From assembly GCA_021295755.1 (NCBI GenBank), contig JAGWBT010000002.1, positions 7,256-71,255 of the forward strand: a stretch of DNA of 64,000 nucleotides. Direction: 5' to 3'. Positions 31,321 to 39,891 of the stretch are shown here, piece by piece. Source of the stretch: Candidatus Poribacteria bacterium (GTDB lineage Bacteria; Poribacteria; WGA-4E; PCPOR2b). The first letter of the stretch is position 1; the number at the start of each line of letters is the position of its first letter. The notes beneath the pieces were generated by a model. That model had not been told where the DNA came from. It did no database searches and worked only from the letters and a program-made list of their open reading frames with translations. Position numbers and translations under genes: made by a program.

Positions 31321-32361
31321 CTAAAAAGCGGATTGCACCCTTTCCGTCTTGCCACTCCTTGCAGACCGCTCGCACGCATCTAACACAGCGATGACCTTCG
31401 TACCGACCTCTGCGTTGATTAGTGGCTGTTTGTCGTGCTTGAGACAGTCTTCAAAATGTAGCATATAGCGCACCACTTCGCCGATATGTCCGACATCGGC
31501 AATCTCATCTGTCTCCATAGCAACAGCATCTTCGACGGGGATGACGCTGCGATGGTCATCATCGAAAATTGCCTGTCCATTGACAACACTGCCGGCAGTT
31601 CCGTAGACCGATAGCCCTAGCATTGGCATCGGTGCATGGCAGATACCGTAAAGCCCAAGCACACGTCCGAGCCGTCCATCCTCATAGATCAGATTGACCA
31701 TCCAGTTGTCGTTGAAATGTCCCTCGCCTGACGGATATCGCTCATCAATTCCGCTTTCGTGGGCAATTGCCTGTACGGCACTAGGGAAACCGAGAAACCA
31801 GATAATGAGATCCATCGGATGGCACACACCACCGTAGAGCGTTTTCTGAGGCATCTGGTGTCTCCAAGGTGTCGCTGTAAGCACACTGCGCATATCATGT
31901 ACATAATGGGCTTCGGCTGCGACGATATTGCCAAGTTTTCCAGACTCCATTAATCGGTGCGTGTGCATGAAGTCTGGTCGGAAGCGACAGGTCTGTCCCA
32001 CCATGAGTTTCAAACCGGTCTCACGCGTCTTCTGTAATACACGAACCGCATCGTCGAGGCTGTCAACGAAGCCTTTTGTACAGATTATATGTCTACCACA
32101 ATTGAGGGCATCAAGGCAGTGCTGTGCATGGAGCGGATCCGGTGTGTAGATGCCTACGATGTCAATTTCATCCCGCTGGAGGAGTTCCCGATAATCTATC
32201 GTTGCGAACGGGACGTTATGTTCGGTACGGATACTTTCGAGCCGATTCGCATCTGTATCACAAATCCCTCGGATTTCCAGATCAGTATCGGGAATCTGTC
32301 GAATCCCAAACATTGACTTCCCCATTCCCAATCCAATAATACCGACGCCAATTTTTTCCAT
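31321..32361 (-). CDS. Gfo/Idh/MocA family oxidoreductase
   Basis: GIIGLGMG, YTPDPLH, CTKG variant of EKP, GVCHPMD. Confidence 0.88.
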   Translation of the reverse strand: MEKIGVGIIGLGMGKSMFGIRQIPDTDLEIRGICDTDANRLESIRTEHNVPFATIDYRELLQRDEIDIVGIYTPDPLHAQHCLDALNCGRHIICTKGFVDSLDDAVRVLQKTRETGLKLMVGQTCRFRPDFMHTHRLMESGKLGNIVAAEAHYVHDMRSVLTATPWRHQMPQKTLYGGVCHPMDLIIWFLGFPSAVQAIAHESGIDERYPSGEGHFNDNWMVNLIYEDGRLGRVLGLYGICHAPMPMLGLSVYGTAGSVVNGQAIFDDDHRSVIPVEDAVAMETDEIADVGHIGEVVRYMLHFEDCLKHDKQPLINAEVGTKVIAVLDACERSARSGKTERVQSAF

Positions 32362-32553
32362 GTTGCTATCCTTCCTGTTTCGATGCAATTAATGAATTTT
32401 TGAACTAATGAACTCTTAAACTCAATGATTTCATGGGGCGGAAGTTACGGCATACGAAGTATGCCTAATACCAGCGACTTGGGTTAACTTTAATGGATTT
32501 TTAGGGAAAACGCAAGGCTACTGAAGCAATTATATCGAACAATAGAATTTTGC

Positions 32554-32582
32554 TTGTATAAAAATTCGGTTTGTGCTACAAT
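32554..32582 (+). promoter_or_regulatory. sigma70-like promoter upstream of the intron and OmpA gene
   Basis: TTGTAT-17 nt-TACAAT with a TG extended -10. Confidence 0.6.
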
Positions 32583-32764
32583 ATGACAAATCTTTGGGTG
32601 CGCTTTAGCGTATCATGCTGTATTGCAGGTTAGATTCCTGCTCTAGTAACTTGCACCAGCAAACCTAACCTCAACTGTGATGTTTGTGTATTGATACACG
32701 ATTGGTTGATGGTTTAGTAGAACCCATGATTCTACAACTTGAATGTTTCAGTAGGAAATATATC

Positions 32765-33049
32765 ATGCAGACATCTCACTGGATAGCCCTGTCTATAGGG
32801 CTATTTGCAGTCTTAGGTGGATTCACTGGTTTGGGGGTTTTGCTATTCAGTCTGCACAAATCAACAACGAGATATTTTGATGCCAAGTTTGAACAAGTTG
32901 ACATAAGGTTTGAACAAGTTGACACAAGGTTTGAACATATCGAAGTTAGATTCAACAATATCGAAAAGAGGCTATCAGAATTGTCCGATAGTATTGCAGC
33001 TCTGAATAAAGCCCACATCGATCACTTGGATCATCATATTACCAACTGA
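32765..33049 (+). CDS. small membrane-anchored coiled-coil protein with heptad repeats, inside the intron
   Basis: RBS AGTAGGA; one TM helix; FEQVDIR-FEQVDTR-FEHIEVR-FNNIEKR; His-rich tail. Confidence 0.7.
   Translation: MQTSHWIALSIGLFAVLGGFTGLGVLLFSLHKSTTRYFDAKFEQVDIRFEQVDTRFEHIEVRFNNIEKRLSELSDSIAALNKAHIDHLDHHITN
32888..32950 (+). repeat. 21-bp tandem repeat (3 copies, coding)
   Basis: tttgaacaagttgacataagg / tttgaacaagttgacacaagg / tttgaacatatcgaagttaga. Confidence 0.8.
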
Positions 33050-33258
33050 AAAGTCATCGTGGGAAGCAGGGGGAAACGGTGAATACAACGAGAGAATGTA
33101 GACTCTTTCATGCACATCAGGTTAGAGTGGCATGACTAAATTGAAAGATGAACTGATGTCGGAAGCCTCATAAATACCGAACAGGTGAATCCACAATAAT
33201 AAGTTTGTAACCAATAAGGTATTGAACCTAGGTTGATGTTTCCAATATGCAGTTATCA

Positions 33259-33555
33259 GCATTGAGGGTTTTGGCTATAGACCGAATCTGTCGAGTGAAC
33301 ACTGGCAAGTATACTGCTGGAGTTGATGGAGTTTCTACTCCGTGAACAAAAGCAGAACGCCTTGACTTTATGACAGAATTGTTCTATAATCTTGATATAA
33401 CCAAAGAATCCGACCCCATAAGGCGGGTATACATACCCAAATCCGAGGGCAAACAGTGTCCTTTGGGTATTCCTACAATTCGACATTTTCGATTCTTCAA
33501 TATCGAATATCTGAACACAACCAATGGGTTGATTGCCGCCAATCATCATTTATAA
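33259..33555 (+). pseudogene. group II intron reverse transcriptase/maturase remnant
   Basis: One frame: LAIDRICRVNTGKYTAGVDG (RT0), a premature TGA, then PIRRVYIPKSEGKQCPLGIPTIR (RT1-2); YADD and the rest are deleted. Confidence 0.85.
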
Positions 33556-33703
33556 ATCGGCGAACCGTGTGCGGTGAAAGTCGCACGCACGGTTCTGATA
33601 GGGAGAAAGATAAAACGATTTATCCTACCTATCCATACAAATTGTCATACCATAAACCATATTCATTCACTTTAGAATGAATTATCTCTTCGAGGAGGTA
33701 ACA

Positions 33704-34576
33704 ATGAGAAGTATAGCAGGAATAACAATTGTTAGCATTTTTGTTTTTAGTATTATCCTCAGTGGCTGCGGCAAATTGAGCAAAGAAGAGTTTGCCATGG
33801 AGATGGATAAATACAACCAAGAAAATGCATCGGCACACACCGATTTGGGCAACCAAGTCTCTGAGCTTAGTGGCAAGGTTGATGCTCAAGGGGATGCTTT
33901 GAGGTCGGAGGTGTCTATGGCAAAAGAAGCCGCTATTACCGCCTCTCAACAAGGTGATGCGGATACAATTTCAGCCGCCAAAGAGGTAGCTGAAAGTGGG
34001 GATGCCAAACTGCGTGAGGAACTCATGCAGACCGCAGATATGGTTAGCGAAAAGGCGCAACAGGCCGCCGCATCTGGAGATCAGAAACTCCAAGACCAGA
34101 TTGCTGCAGTTGAGGATACAACCAAAATGCAAGCCCAAAAGATATCCGATTTGGAAGCTGCACTCATGGAGACAAAAAAGGCTCTCACTGCAACTAAAGA
34201 GATGGCTGCTGCCAAACCAATGATGGTGGCTACAGTTCAGTTCCCCAGTGGGAAAATCGGCTTGACTGCGGCTGCCATGGAAACCCTTGATAAAGCAGTA
34301 GCAAAGATTCAAGCAGATGCTGAGGCATCGGTACTCGTCAAAGGGCACGCGGATGGCAGCCCTGTACTAAGGGGAAGATACCGCAGCAACTGGGATCTTT
34401 CTCAAGCCCGCGCAGATTCGGTTGTGCAATATCTCCAGAGCAAAGGCGTAACGAATACAATTCAATCTCGTGGACTTGGACATACGGAACCTATCGCTCC
34501 AGTTAAGACGAGAGAGGGGCGCGCCCAGAACCGGCGAGCAGAAGTCATTATCTTGCCAGCTGGTTCGATGATGTAG
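33704..34576 (+). CDS. OmpA/MotB-family peptidoglycan-binding lipoprotein with a long coiled coil
   Basis: Lipobox LSGC; KGHAD, SNWDLSQARA, GRAQNRRAE; RBS GAGGAGG. Confidence 0.88.
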   Translation: MRSIAGITIVSIFVFSIILSGCGKLSKEEFAMEMDKYNQENASAHTDLGNQVSELSGKVDAQGDALRSEVSMAKEAAITASQQGDADTISAAKEVAESGDAKLREELMQTADMVSEKAQQAAASGDQKLQDQIAAVEDTTKMQAQKISDLEAALMETKKALTATKEMAAAKPMMVATVQFPSGKIGLTAAAMETLDKAVAKIQADAEASVLVKGHADGSPVLRGRYRSNWDLSQARADSVVQYLQSKGVTNTIQSRGLGHTEPIAPVKTREGRAQNRRAEVIILPAGSMM

Positions 34577-34600
34577 CACTTCACACTGTATCTAGCTTTA

Positions 34601-34645
34601 AGGGAAATTGGATGGAATCTGCTTCATCCCAATTTCCCTTTTTTT
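34601..34645 (+). terminator. intrinsic terminator
   Basis: AGGGAAATTGG..CCAATTTCCCT stem followed by a T run. Confidence 0.8.
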
Positions 34646-34871
34646 ATGGTAATTAAGGTGCTAAAAAGTTCGTAGATCGAGTTTCTATACTCAATAGTGA
34701 CTAGAAGAGTTGCTGTGCAAGGAACATTGTTTTTCCGGGCTTATCATACGTCATCCGAATAATATATATCTGTTGTTCTGCTGGAACTTTAAGAGTCAGA
34801 CTAGGAAACCTGCGCTGCCAACACTCAGTGGCATATAGAGTACCAATTGTAAGTTACCGTCTGGAAAGCAC

Positions 34872-35339
34872 ATGGCAAGTAAGAACCAACTATTTGAAAC
34901 AAAAACAGAATTTATCGGCACACGCGGCGTTAGAGAGTACCGTGAGACCATCCCTGTTTGGGTGAATACAAGTGATGTTGTGCTAGAAATCGGTTGTGAG
35001 TGGGGCACAACAACTGCGTTGATTGCGCCACATTGTAAGAAGGTCATTGGTACTGACATCAGTTCTAAGTGTATCGAGCGTGCACGGGAAATGCATCCTG
35101 ACCTGCACTTTGAGGTCCTAGATGGATTCGATGTTAAAGCAGCGCTTGAGTTTGGTGAACAGTTTAACAAGATTTATATTGATATATCCGGTTTATCCGG
35201 CTACCGGTCTCTGCTTGATACAATTTCTTTACTCATGATGTATGCGACTGTGCTGCGGCCCGAAGCAATTATCGTTAAAAGTGGCGCGCTCAAACGTTTT
35301 GCTGCACACTGTATCCCGTGGCGGTCAGCGTCATCTTAA
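34872..35339 (+). CDS. class I SAM-dependent methyltransferase
   Basis: VLEIGCEWG, VIGTDIS. Confidence 0.75.
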   Translation: MASKNQLFETKTEFIGTRGVREYRETIPVWVNTSDVVLEIGCEWGTTTALIAPHCKKVIGTDISSKCIERAREMHPDLHFEVLDGFDVKAALEFGEQFNKIYIDISGLSGYRSLLDTISLLMMYATVLRPEAIIVKSGALKRFAAHCIPWRSASS

Positions 35340-35402
35340 TCATCGTTTGAGGAGATTTTGGTCAATCCAGTGCCAGACTGATCGATTGCCGTTTCGCGCA
35401 CC

Positions 35403-36137
35403 ATGCACCTCCCACAGGGTCCTGTCACTTATAAATATGTAGAGGTTGGTAAGACACTCTATCAAGCGGTGTCAACGCGGACACCGCGATTTCCGCCTCG
35501 TGTTGCGTATGTGATGCTTAACTCGCTATTTGAGGAAGAGCGGGAGCCAATCACGGTGTATGATCCGTTCTGCGGTAACGGCGTCATCCTCTGCACAGCA
35601 TACCTTCTTTTTTGGCGGAAAATAAAAAAATTGATCGGGGCAGACCTGCATCCAGTTGTGTTAGAAACAGCGCAGCAAAATTTTCAGTGGATGAAGGAGC
35701 AGAACGCCCTTGAGCAACGGTTACACGCAATCCAGGCGTACAAAACCGAGAATGATGAACTGAAAAGGTCCTATCAGAAGCGGTGCCGATTAATCTTCAA
35801 TCACGCGCAACAGATTCACCTTGAGGTGGAACTCTTGCAACATGATGCAACTCGGATTCAGGATCATCTGGCTTTGATTGATGGCAAGGTCGCGCTCGTC
35901 ACGGATCCGCCTTACGCTCACAATGACCATTGGCATCCAAAAGATGGACCTGAATCAGCGGATTTTGGTCCTCTTGAGCCGTTTCTTCAACAGATTGCAG
36001 AAGCGCCAAATGTGGCTACGCTCCTAATCTGTTACCGAGTCGATCAGCCAATTCGCAGGTTGTTGGAGACGTACTTTATGGTGACGCCGCTCGGTGGAAC
36101 AAAAGGTAGAGCCATCTACCGATGCCAACCGAGATGA
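35403..36137 (+). CDS. AviRa-like rRNA methyltransferase
   Basis: PRFPPRVA, ITVYDPFCGNG, GADL, LVTDPPY..HW in the same order as in AviRa. Confidence 0.65.
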   Translation: MHLPQGPVTYKYVEVGKTLYQAVSTRTPRFPPRVAYVMLNSLFEEEREPITVYDPFCGNGVILCTAYLLFWRKIKKLIGADLHPVVLETAQQNFQWMKEQNALEQRLHAIQAYKTENDELKRSYQKRCRLIFNHAQQIHLEVELLQHDATRIQDHLALIDGKVALVTDPPYAHNDHWHPKDGPESADFGPLEPFLQQIAEAPNVATLLICYRVDQPIRRLLETYFMVTPLGGTKGRAIYRCQPR

Positions 36138-36146
36138 CGTTGATAT

Positions 36147-36914
36147 GTGCAATGTAGTGACAACCAAGAACAGAATGGGACCGTTGACAATTCGCAAGAA
36201 ATGAACAGATCTTATACAGTACCTCCATTGTTGCTCATAGTGCTTATTGGCTGTTTCGTGGGAAATATCTCACTTGAATCAGCGGTTGTCTCAGAGACGC
36301 CAACTGAAGGCGAACAGACGAACCTATTGCCGGATTTTATGAGGCGTGGCGTCGAATCCACATCGTTTCACATCGCTTTCTTTTCCTACAAGCCAAACTT
36401 AGAGCAGCTCACAGGGTTGCTGAACAGTCTCGGTGCGCCAGCGCTCAACGCCGGGTTGATGCCCGTTGCTTCGGTGAAACTGAAGCACACGACGGAGCTA
36501 TCTTCCCAAATAGCACTTGGGTATTGGACGAATGAAACGGTACTACCGCCGCCAACTGCTGCGGACCTTTCCGCGACCTTTATCCCCATTTCGTTCAGTT
36601 TGCTCTACCGTCCGGTGATGCTTTATGACTTTCTGCCGCTTTATGTTGGGGGTGGCGTTGGGTATTCACACTTGAGTGTTGACGGCAGCGGTCTTGTCCT
36701 ATTGGCGGAACAAGGAATCGTTCTTGATAACGGGAATTCTGGTTTGACAGGGTATGTGCAGATTGGGTTAACCTATCTACTTCTCGACGATCGGCTTACC
36801 CTTACCCTTGAGGCAAAGCGGATCCTTAAGACGTTCAAGGGGAGCGGGGCGCTTCCCTTCGATCTTGATTTTGACGGCACAGCGATTGGCGTGGGGATTG
36901 GACTACACTTCTGA
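36147..36914 (+). CDS. outer-membrane beta-barrel protein (OmpW/porin-like)
   Basis: N-terminal hydrophobic segment, amphipathic strands (LYVGGGVGY), C-terminal Phe. Confidence 0.65.
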   Translation: MQCSDNQEQNGTVDNSQEMNRSYTVPPLLLIVLIGCFVGNISLESAVVSETPTEGEQTNLLPDFMRRGVESTSFHIAFFSYKPNLEQLTGLLNSLGAPALNAGLMPVASVKLKHTTELSSQIALGYWTNETVLPPPTAADLSATFIPISFSLLYRPVMLYDFLPLYVGGGVGYSHLSVDGSGLVLLAEQGIVLDNGNSGLTGYVQIGLTYLLLDDRLTLTLEAKRILKTFKGSGALPFDLDFDGTAIGVGIGLHF

Positions 36915-36919
36915 GGAGA

Positions 36920-37444
36920 ATGAAGTTGAACGCGGATTCTTTGAAAGATAAAACAGCTAGAGAAATCTTGCCTTGGCTCGCTTGGGCATGTCTAATCGCA
37001 ATTTTAGGTTGTGAGACCGGTGTAATAGACAATTTCGAAGGTATCAAGGTCGAAACCACTTTTCGGCCTGATCGGATTGATTTCGACATTTTTCTGTTGA
37101 ATGAGAACGGTCGGCCGTTGATCCAGACTGGAAGTATCTTGACACCGGGAACTGGTCCTAGGAGCCTCTCGGAGTCCAAATTCACAGCACATGTCGAGAT
37201 CTACTCAATGCGGAATGATGCTAGAAGCAAAAAAGTCTACGATGGACGTCCCATAGATTTGCGATGGGGGGCACTCGGTGGAAACCGTAGGGTCCTTTTT
37301 GCAGAAATACCCCATCGGCTGATTGAAGAAGATGAGCAGCGTGACACGAGGAGGGGCGTGATTATTGTCACATTGCAAACGGACAAACAGGGGCCATTTA
37401 AGGATACTCTGGGGAAGGCACAGATTTATAGCCGGGTGCCCTAA
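36920..37444 (+). CDS. hypothetical lipoprotein
   Basis: RBS GAGGAG; lipobox ILGC. Confidence 0.6.
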   Translation: MKLNADSLKDKTAREILPWLAWACLIAILGCETGVIDNFEGIKVETTFRPDRIDFDIFLLNENGRPLIQTGSILTPGTGPRSLSESKFTAHVEIYSMRNDARSKKVYDGRPIDLRWGALGGNRRVLFAEIPHRLIEEDEQRDTRRGVIIVTLQTDKQGPFKDTLGKAQIYSRVP

Positions 37445-37606
37445 TTTAATCAGCAATCTCCAATATTTTCTCTCCCTATGTTTATTCGATTAACCTTCCT
37501 GAATTCTTATCACACAATTTTAGTTAATCCCTTCTTCCCTTTTTTCGTCATTCTAATAGCTAAATATACACTATAGCCGAACCCCTAAGCACCAAAAGAA
37601 GAAAGT

Positions 37607-39835
37607 ATGAGTTTCGATCTGCGTCAATTCCCTGAAATTAGAAGATACCTGTTTCTTTTAAGTTTTATATTCTTATTTCCGATCTGCATAAGCTCTGCCT
37701 CTGAACCGATAGAATATCGAGCCGAGGCGTATCGAACTTTTCAGAGCATTGAGATTGACGGGGATTTCAATGAAACCGATTGGCAGCATGCAAAACTGAT
37801 AAATCAGTTTGTCCAAACCGAACCTGATGAAGGCGTGCCGATAACTGAATCGACAGCGGTCCGCATCCTTTACGATGAGAAAAACATCTACTTCGGTTTT
37901 ACCTGTTCAAGTTCATGGCGTGATAGCATTGTTGCCAACGAAATGCGTCGAGATGCAGAAAATTTGCGTGAGAACGATAATGTTTTCATCCTTTTGGATA
38001 CCTACAACGATAAACGTAATGGGGTTTTCTTCCGCATCAATCCATTAGGTGCGATGCAGGATATAGCGTTGACAAACAGCGGAGATAGCCAGAACAGGAG
38101 TTGGGATGCCGTATGGGACTGTCGCTCCAAGATCAATGATGACCATTGGACAACGGAGATTGCTATTCCCTTTAGTCAACTCCGTTTCAACAGAAGCGAG
38201 TCGATGGTCTGGGGTATAAATTTTGGACGAACCATCCGGCAAAAGAATGAAGAGGCAACGTGGGTTCCCGTATCGAGACAGTATGGCAGTCGATCGAAAT
38301 ATCGAACCGCTAACCTCGGCAGCCTAGTTGGTTTGGCAGGCATAACTCCGTCTAGGCGGCTTGAAGTTCTGCCTTATGTTTTACCGGGGGTGAGCCGAAT
38401 CGAGGGCGAGGAGGGCACCGATGGGGTATTCGACATTGGATTAGATCTCAAGTACGGTTTAACCTCGAACCTTACCGCAGATCTGACTCTTAACACCGAC
38501 TTTGCGCAAGTTGAAGCGGATCAGGAACAGGTCAACTTGACGCGCTTCAGTTTGTATTTCCCGGAGAAGCGTCCCTTCTTCTTGGAAGGCGCCGGATTAT
38601 TTGATTTCGGTATTCCTCGCCCCAGTTTCTTTAGTCCTCCTCCGTTAATTCTCTTTTACAGTCGTCGCATCGGTCTTGAGGAAGGTTACGCCATTCCGAT
38701 TCTCGGTGGGGGCAAGATTACAGGCAAAATGGGACCATACGGCATTGGTCTGTTGAATGTGTTGACAGATGAGTTTCACACGGATCCATCGGTTACGGAT
38801 GAAGACGATATTGTTGATCTGTCTAGGACAAACTACTCCGTGCTGCGTGTGACGCGAGATCTCTTCAGTGGTTCTAGCATCGGGGCGATTGCGATTAATA
38901 AACAGGATACGGATACATACAACCGCGCGGGAGGATTGGACTTCGCATATCGTCCAAACGACAGTATTGATGTGCGTGGACTGTGGGCACGGACTTATGA
39001 GGAGGAGGTTTCTGGCAAGAATGATGCGATGTACTTTGGCGGTACTTGGCGAAACAGTCTACTTCGATTTAATGGAACATATACGTTCATCGGTGAGGAT
39101 TTCAACCCTGAGGTCGGATTCGTCCGTCGTCAGGGCAGCCGACGATTCCGTGGACAGATGCGTTTTACCCCTTGGCCCAGAAAATTCGGTGTTCGCCGCA
39201 TTTTCATGGGACCGGAGGTTGACTATATCCTCAACCAAGATGATGAACTGGAAACGCGGGAGTTTTCACTCACCAATTGGTTTCAACTTGAGCAGGGCAG
39301 TTGGATCAACGTTGAGATTCGACGAACCTCTGAATTTCTCGACGAGGATTTTGAAATCCGAGAGGGCGTTATCATACCAGTTGACGATTACAATTTAACT
39401 ACCCTCAGAACGATGATCGATACGGATGAAGGAAGGAAAATTTCGGGTCGATTCGGGGCAAATTACGGTACCTTTTTTAACGGTACAAATCGTGGGTTTG
39501 ATATCCAAGCGAACTTTAAACCGAGCGGCCGCCTCGCCTTTGAAACGCAATATCAATTTAACCGGGTGAATCTCCCGAGTGAAGATCCTTTCAATGTGAA
39601 TATTTTCGGGAGCCGTATTGTTTATTCTTTCACCACAACTCTTTTTGCGAAGTTGTTCGCCCAATGGAACAGCGATGATGAACTGATTTCCGCCAATTTC
39701 CTGCTGAACTACATCTACCGTCCCGGCAGCGATTTCTACCTCGTTTTCAATCGGATTTATGATAGTGGTAGCGCGAAAACGACACCTGGGGAATCTACGG
39801 TTGTTGCAAAGATGACTTATTGGTGGAATCCGTAA
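37607..39835 (+). CDS. CBM9-like plus DUF5916 outer-membrane protein, paralogue 1
   Basis: IDGDFNE..W, LDTYND, W..EIAIPFSQLRF, NTDFAQVEAD, FPEKRPFFLEG, FYSRRIG, C-terminal TYWWNP. Confidence 0.85.
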   Translation: MSFDLRQFPEIRRYLFLLSFIFLFPICISSASEPIEYRAEAYRTFQSIEIDGDFNETDWQHAKLINQFVQTEPDEGVPITESTAVRILYDEKNIYFGFTCSSSWRDSIVANEMRRDAENLRENDNVFILLDTYNDKRNGVFFRINPLGAMQDIALTNSGDSQNRSWDAVWDCRSKINDDHWTTEIAIPFSQLRFNRSESMVWGINFGRTIRQKNEEATWVPVSRQYGSRSKYRTANLGSLVGLAGITPSRRLEVLPYVLPGVSRIEGEEGTDGVFDIGLDLKYGLTSNLTADLTLNTDFAQVEADQEQVNLTRFSLYFPEKRPFFLEGAGLFDFGIPRPSFFSPPPLILFYSRRIGLEEGYAIPILGGGKITGKMGPYGIGLLNVLTDEFHTDPSVTDEDDIVDLSRTNYSVLRVTRDLFSGSSIGAIAINKQDTDTYNRAGGLDFAYRPNDSIDVRGLWARTYEEEVSGKNDAMYFGGTWRNSLLRFNGTYTFIGEDFNPEVGFVRRQGSRRFRGQMRFTPWPRKFGVRRIFMGPEVDYILNQDDELETREFSLTNWFQLEQGSWINVEIRRTSEFLDEDFEIREGVIIPVDDYNLTTLRTMIDTDEGRKISGRFGANYGTFFNGTNRGFDIQANFKPSGRLAFETQYQFNRVNLPSEDPFNVNIFGSRIVYSFTTTLFAKLFAQWNSDDELISANFLLNYIYRPGSDFYLVFNRIYDSGSAKTTPGESTVVAKMTYWWNP

Positions 39836-39891
39836 CGCATGAAACATAGCACATTTTTAAATATTTGATTTTTTCGCAAAGGAAACTGTCT

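Larger units (their letters stand above)
32598..33638 (+). mobile_element. group II intron with degenerate RT
   Basis: 5' GTGCG; hairpin GCAGG-TTAGATT-CCTGC; canonical domain V GAACCGTGTGCGGTGAAAGTCGCACGCACGGTTC (33562-33595); domain VI GATAGG..CCTATC ending in AC; RT fragments inside. The 3' half is better supported than the 5' boundary. Confidence 0.8.

Noticed and set aside
32620..32645. GCAGGTTAGATTCCTGC resembling a tRNA T-arm
   Set aside because: No acceptor stem, anticodon arm or CCA; better explained as an early domain I hairpin of the group II intron.
32888..32971. 21-bp repeats as a CRISPR array
   Set aside because: Head-to-tail with no spacers, in-frame heptad coding, and no cas genes.
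33259..33555. RT fragment as a DGR or retron acting on the DUF5916 paralogues
   Set aside because: Motifs and the adjacent domain V/VI are group II intron type; paralogue differences are not adenine-specific and I saw no TR/VR pair.
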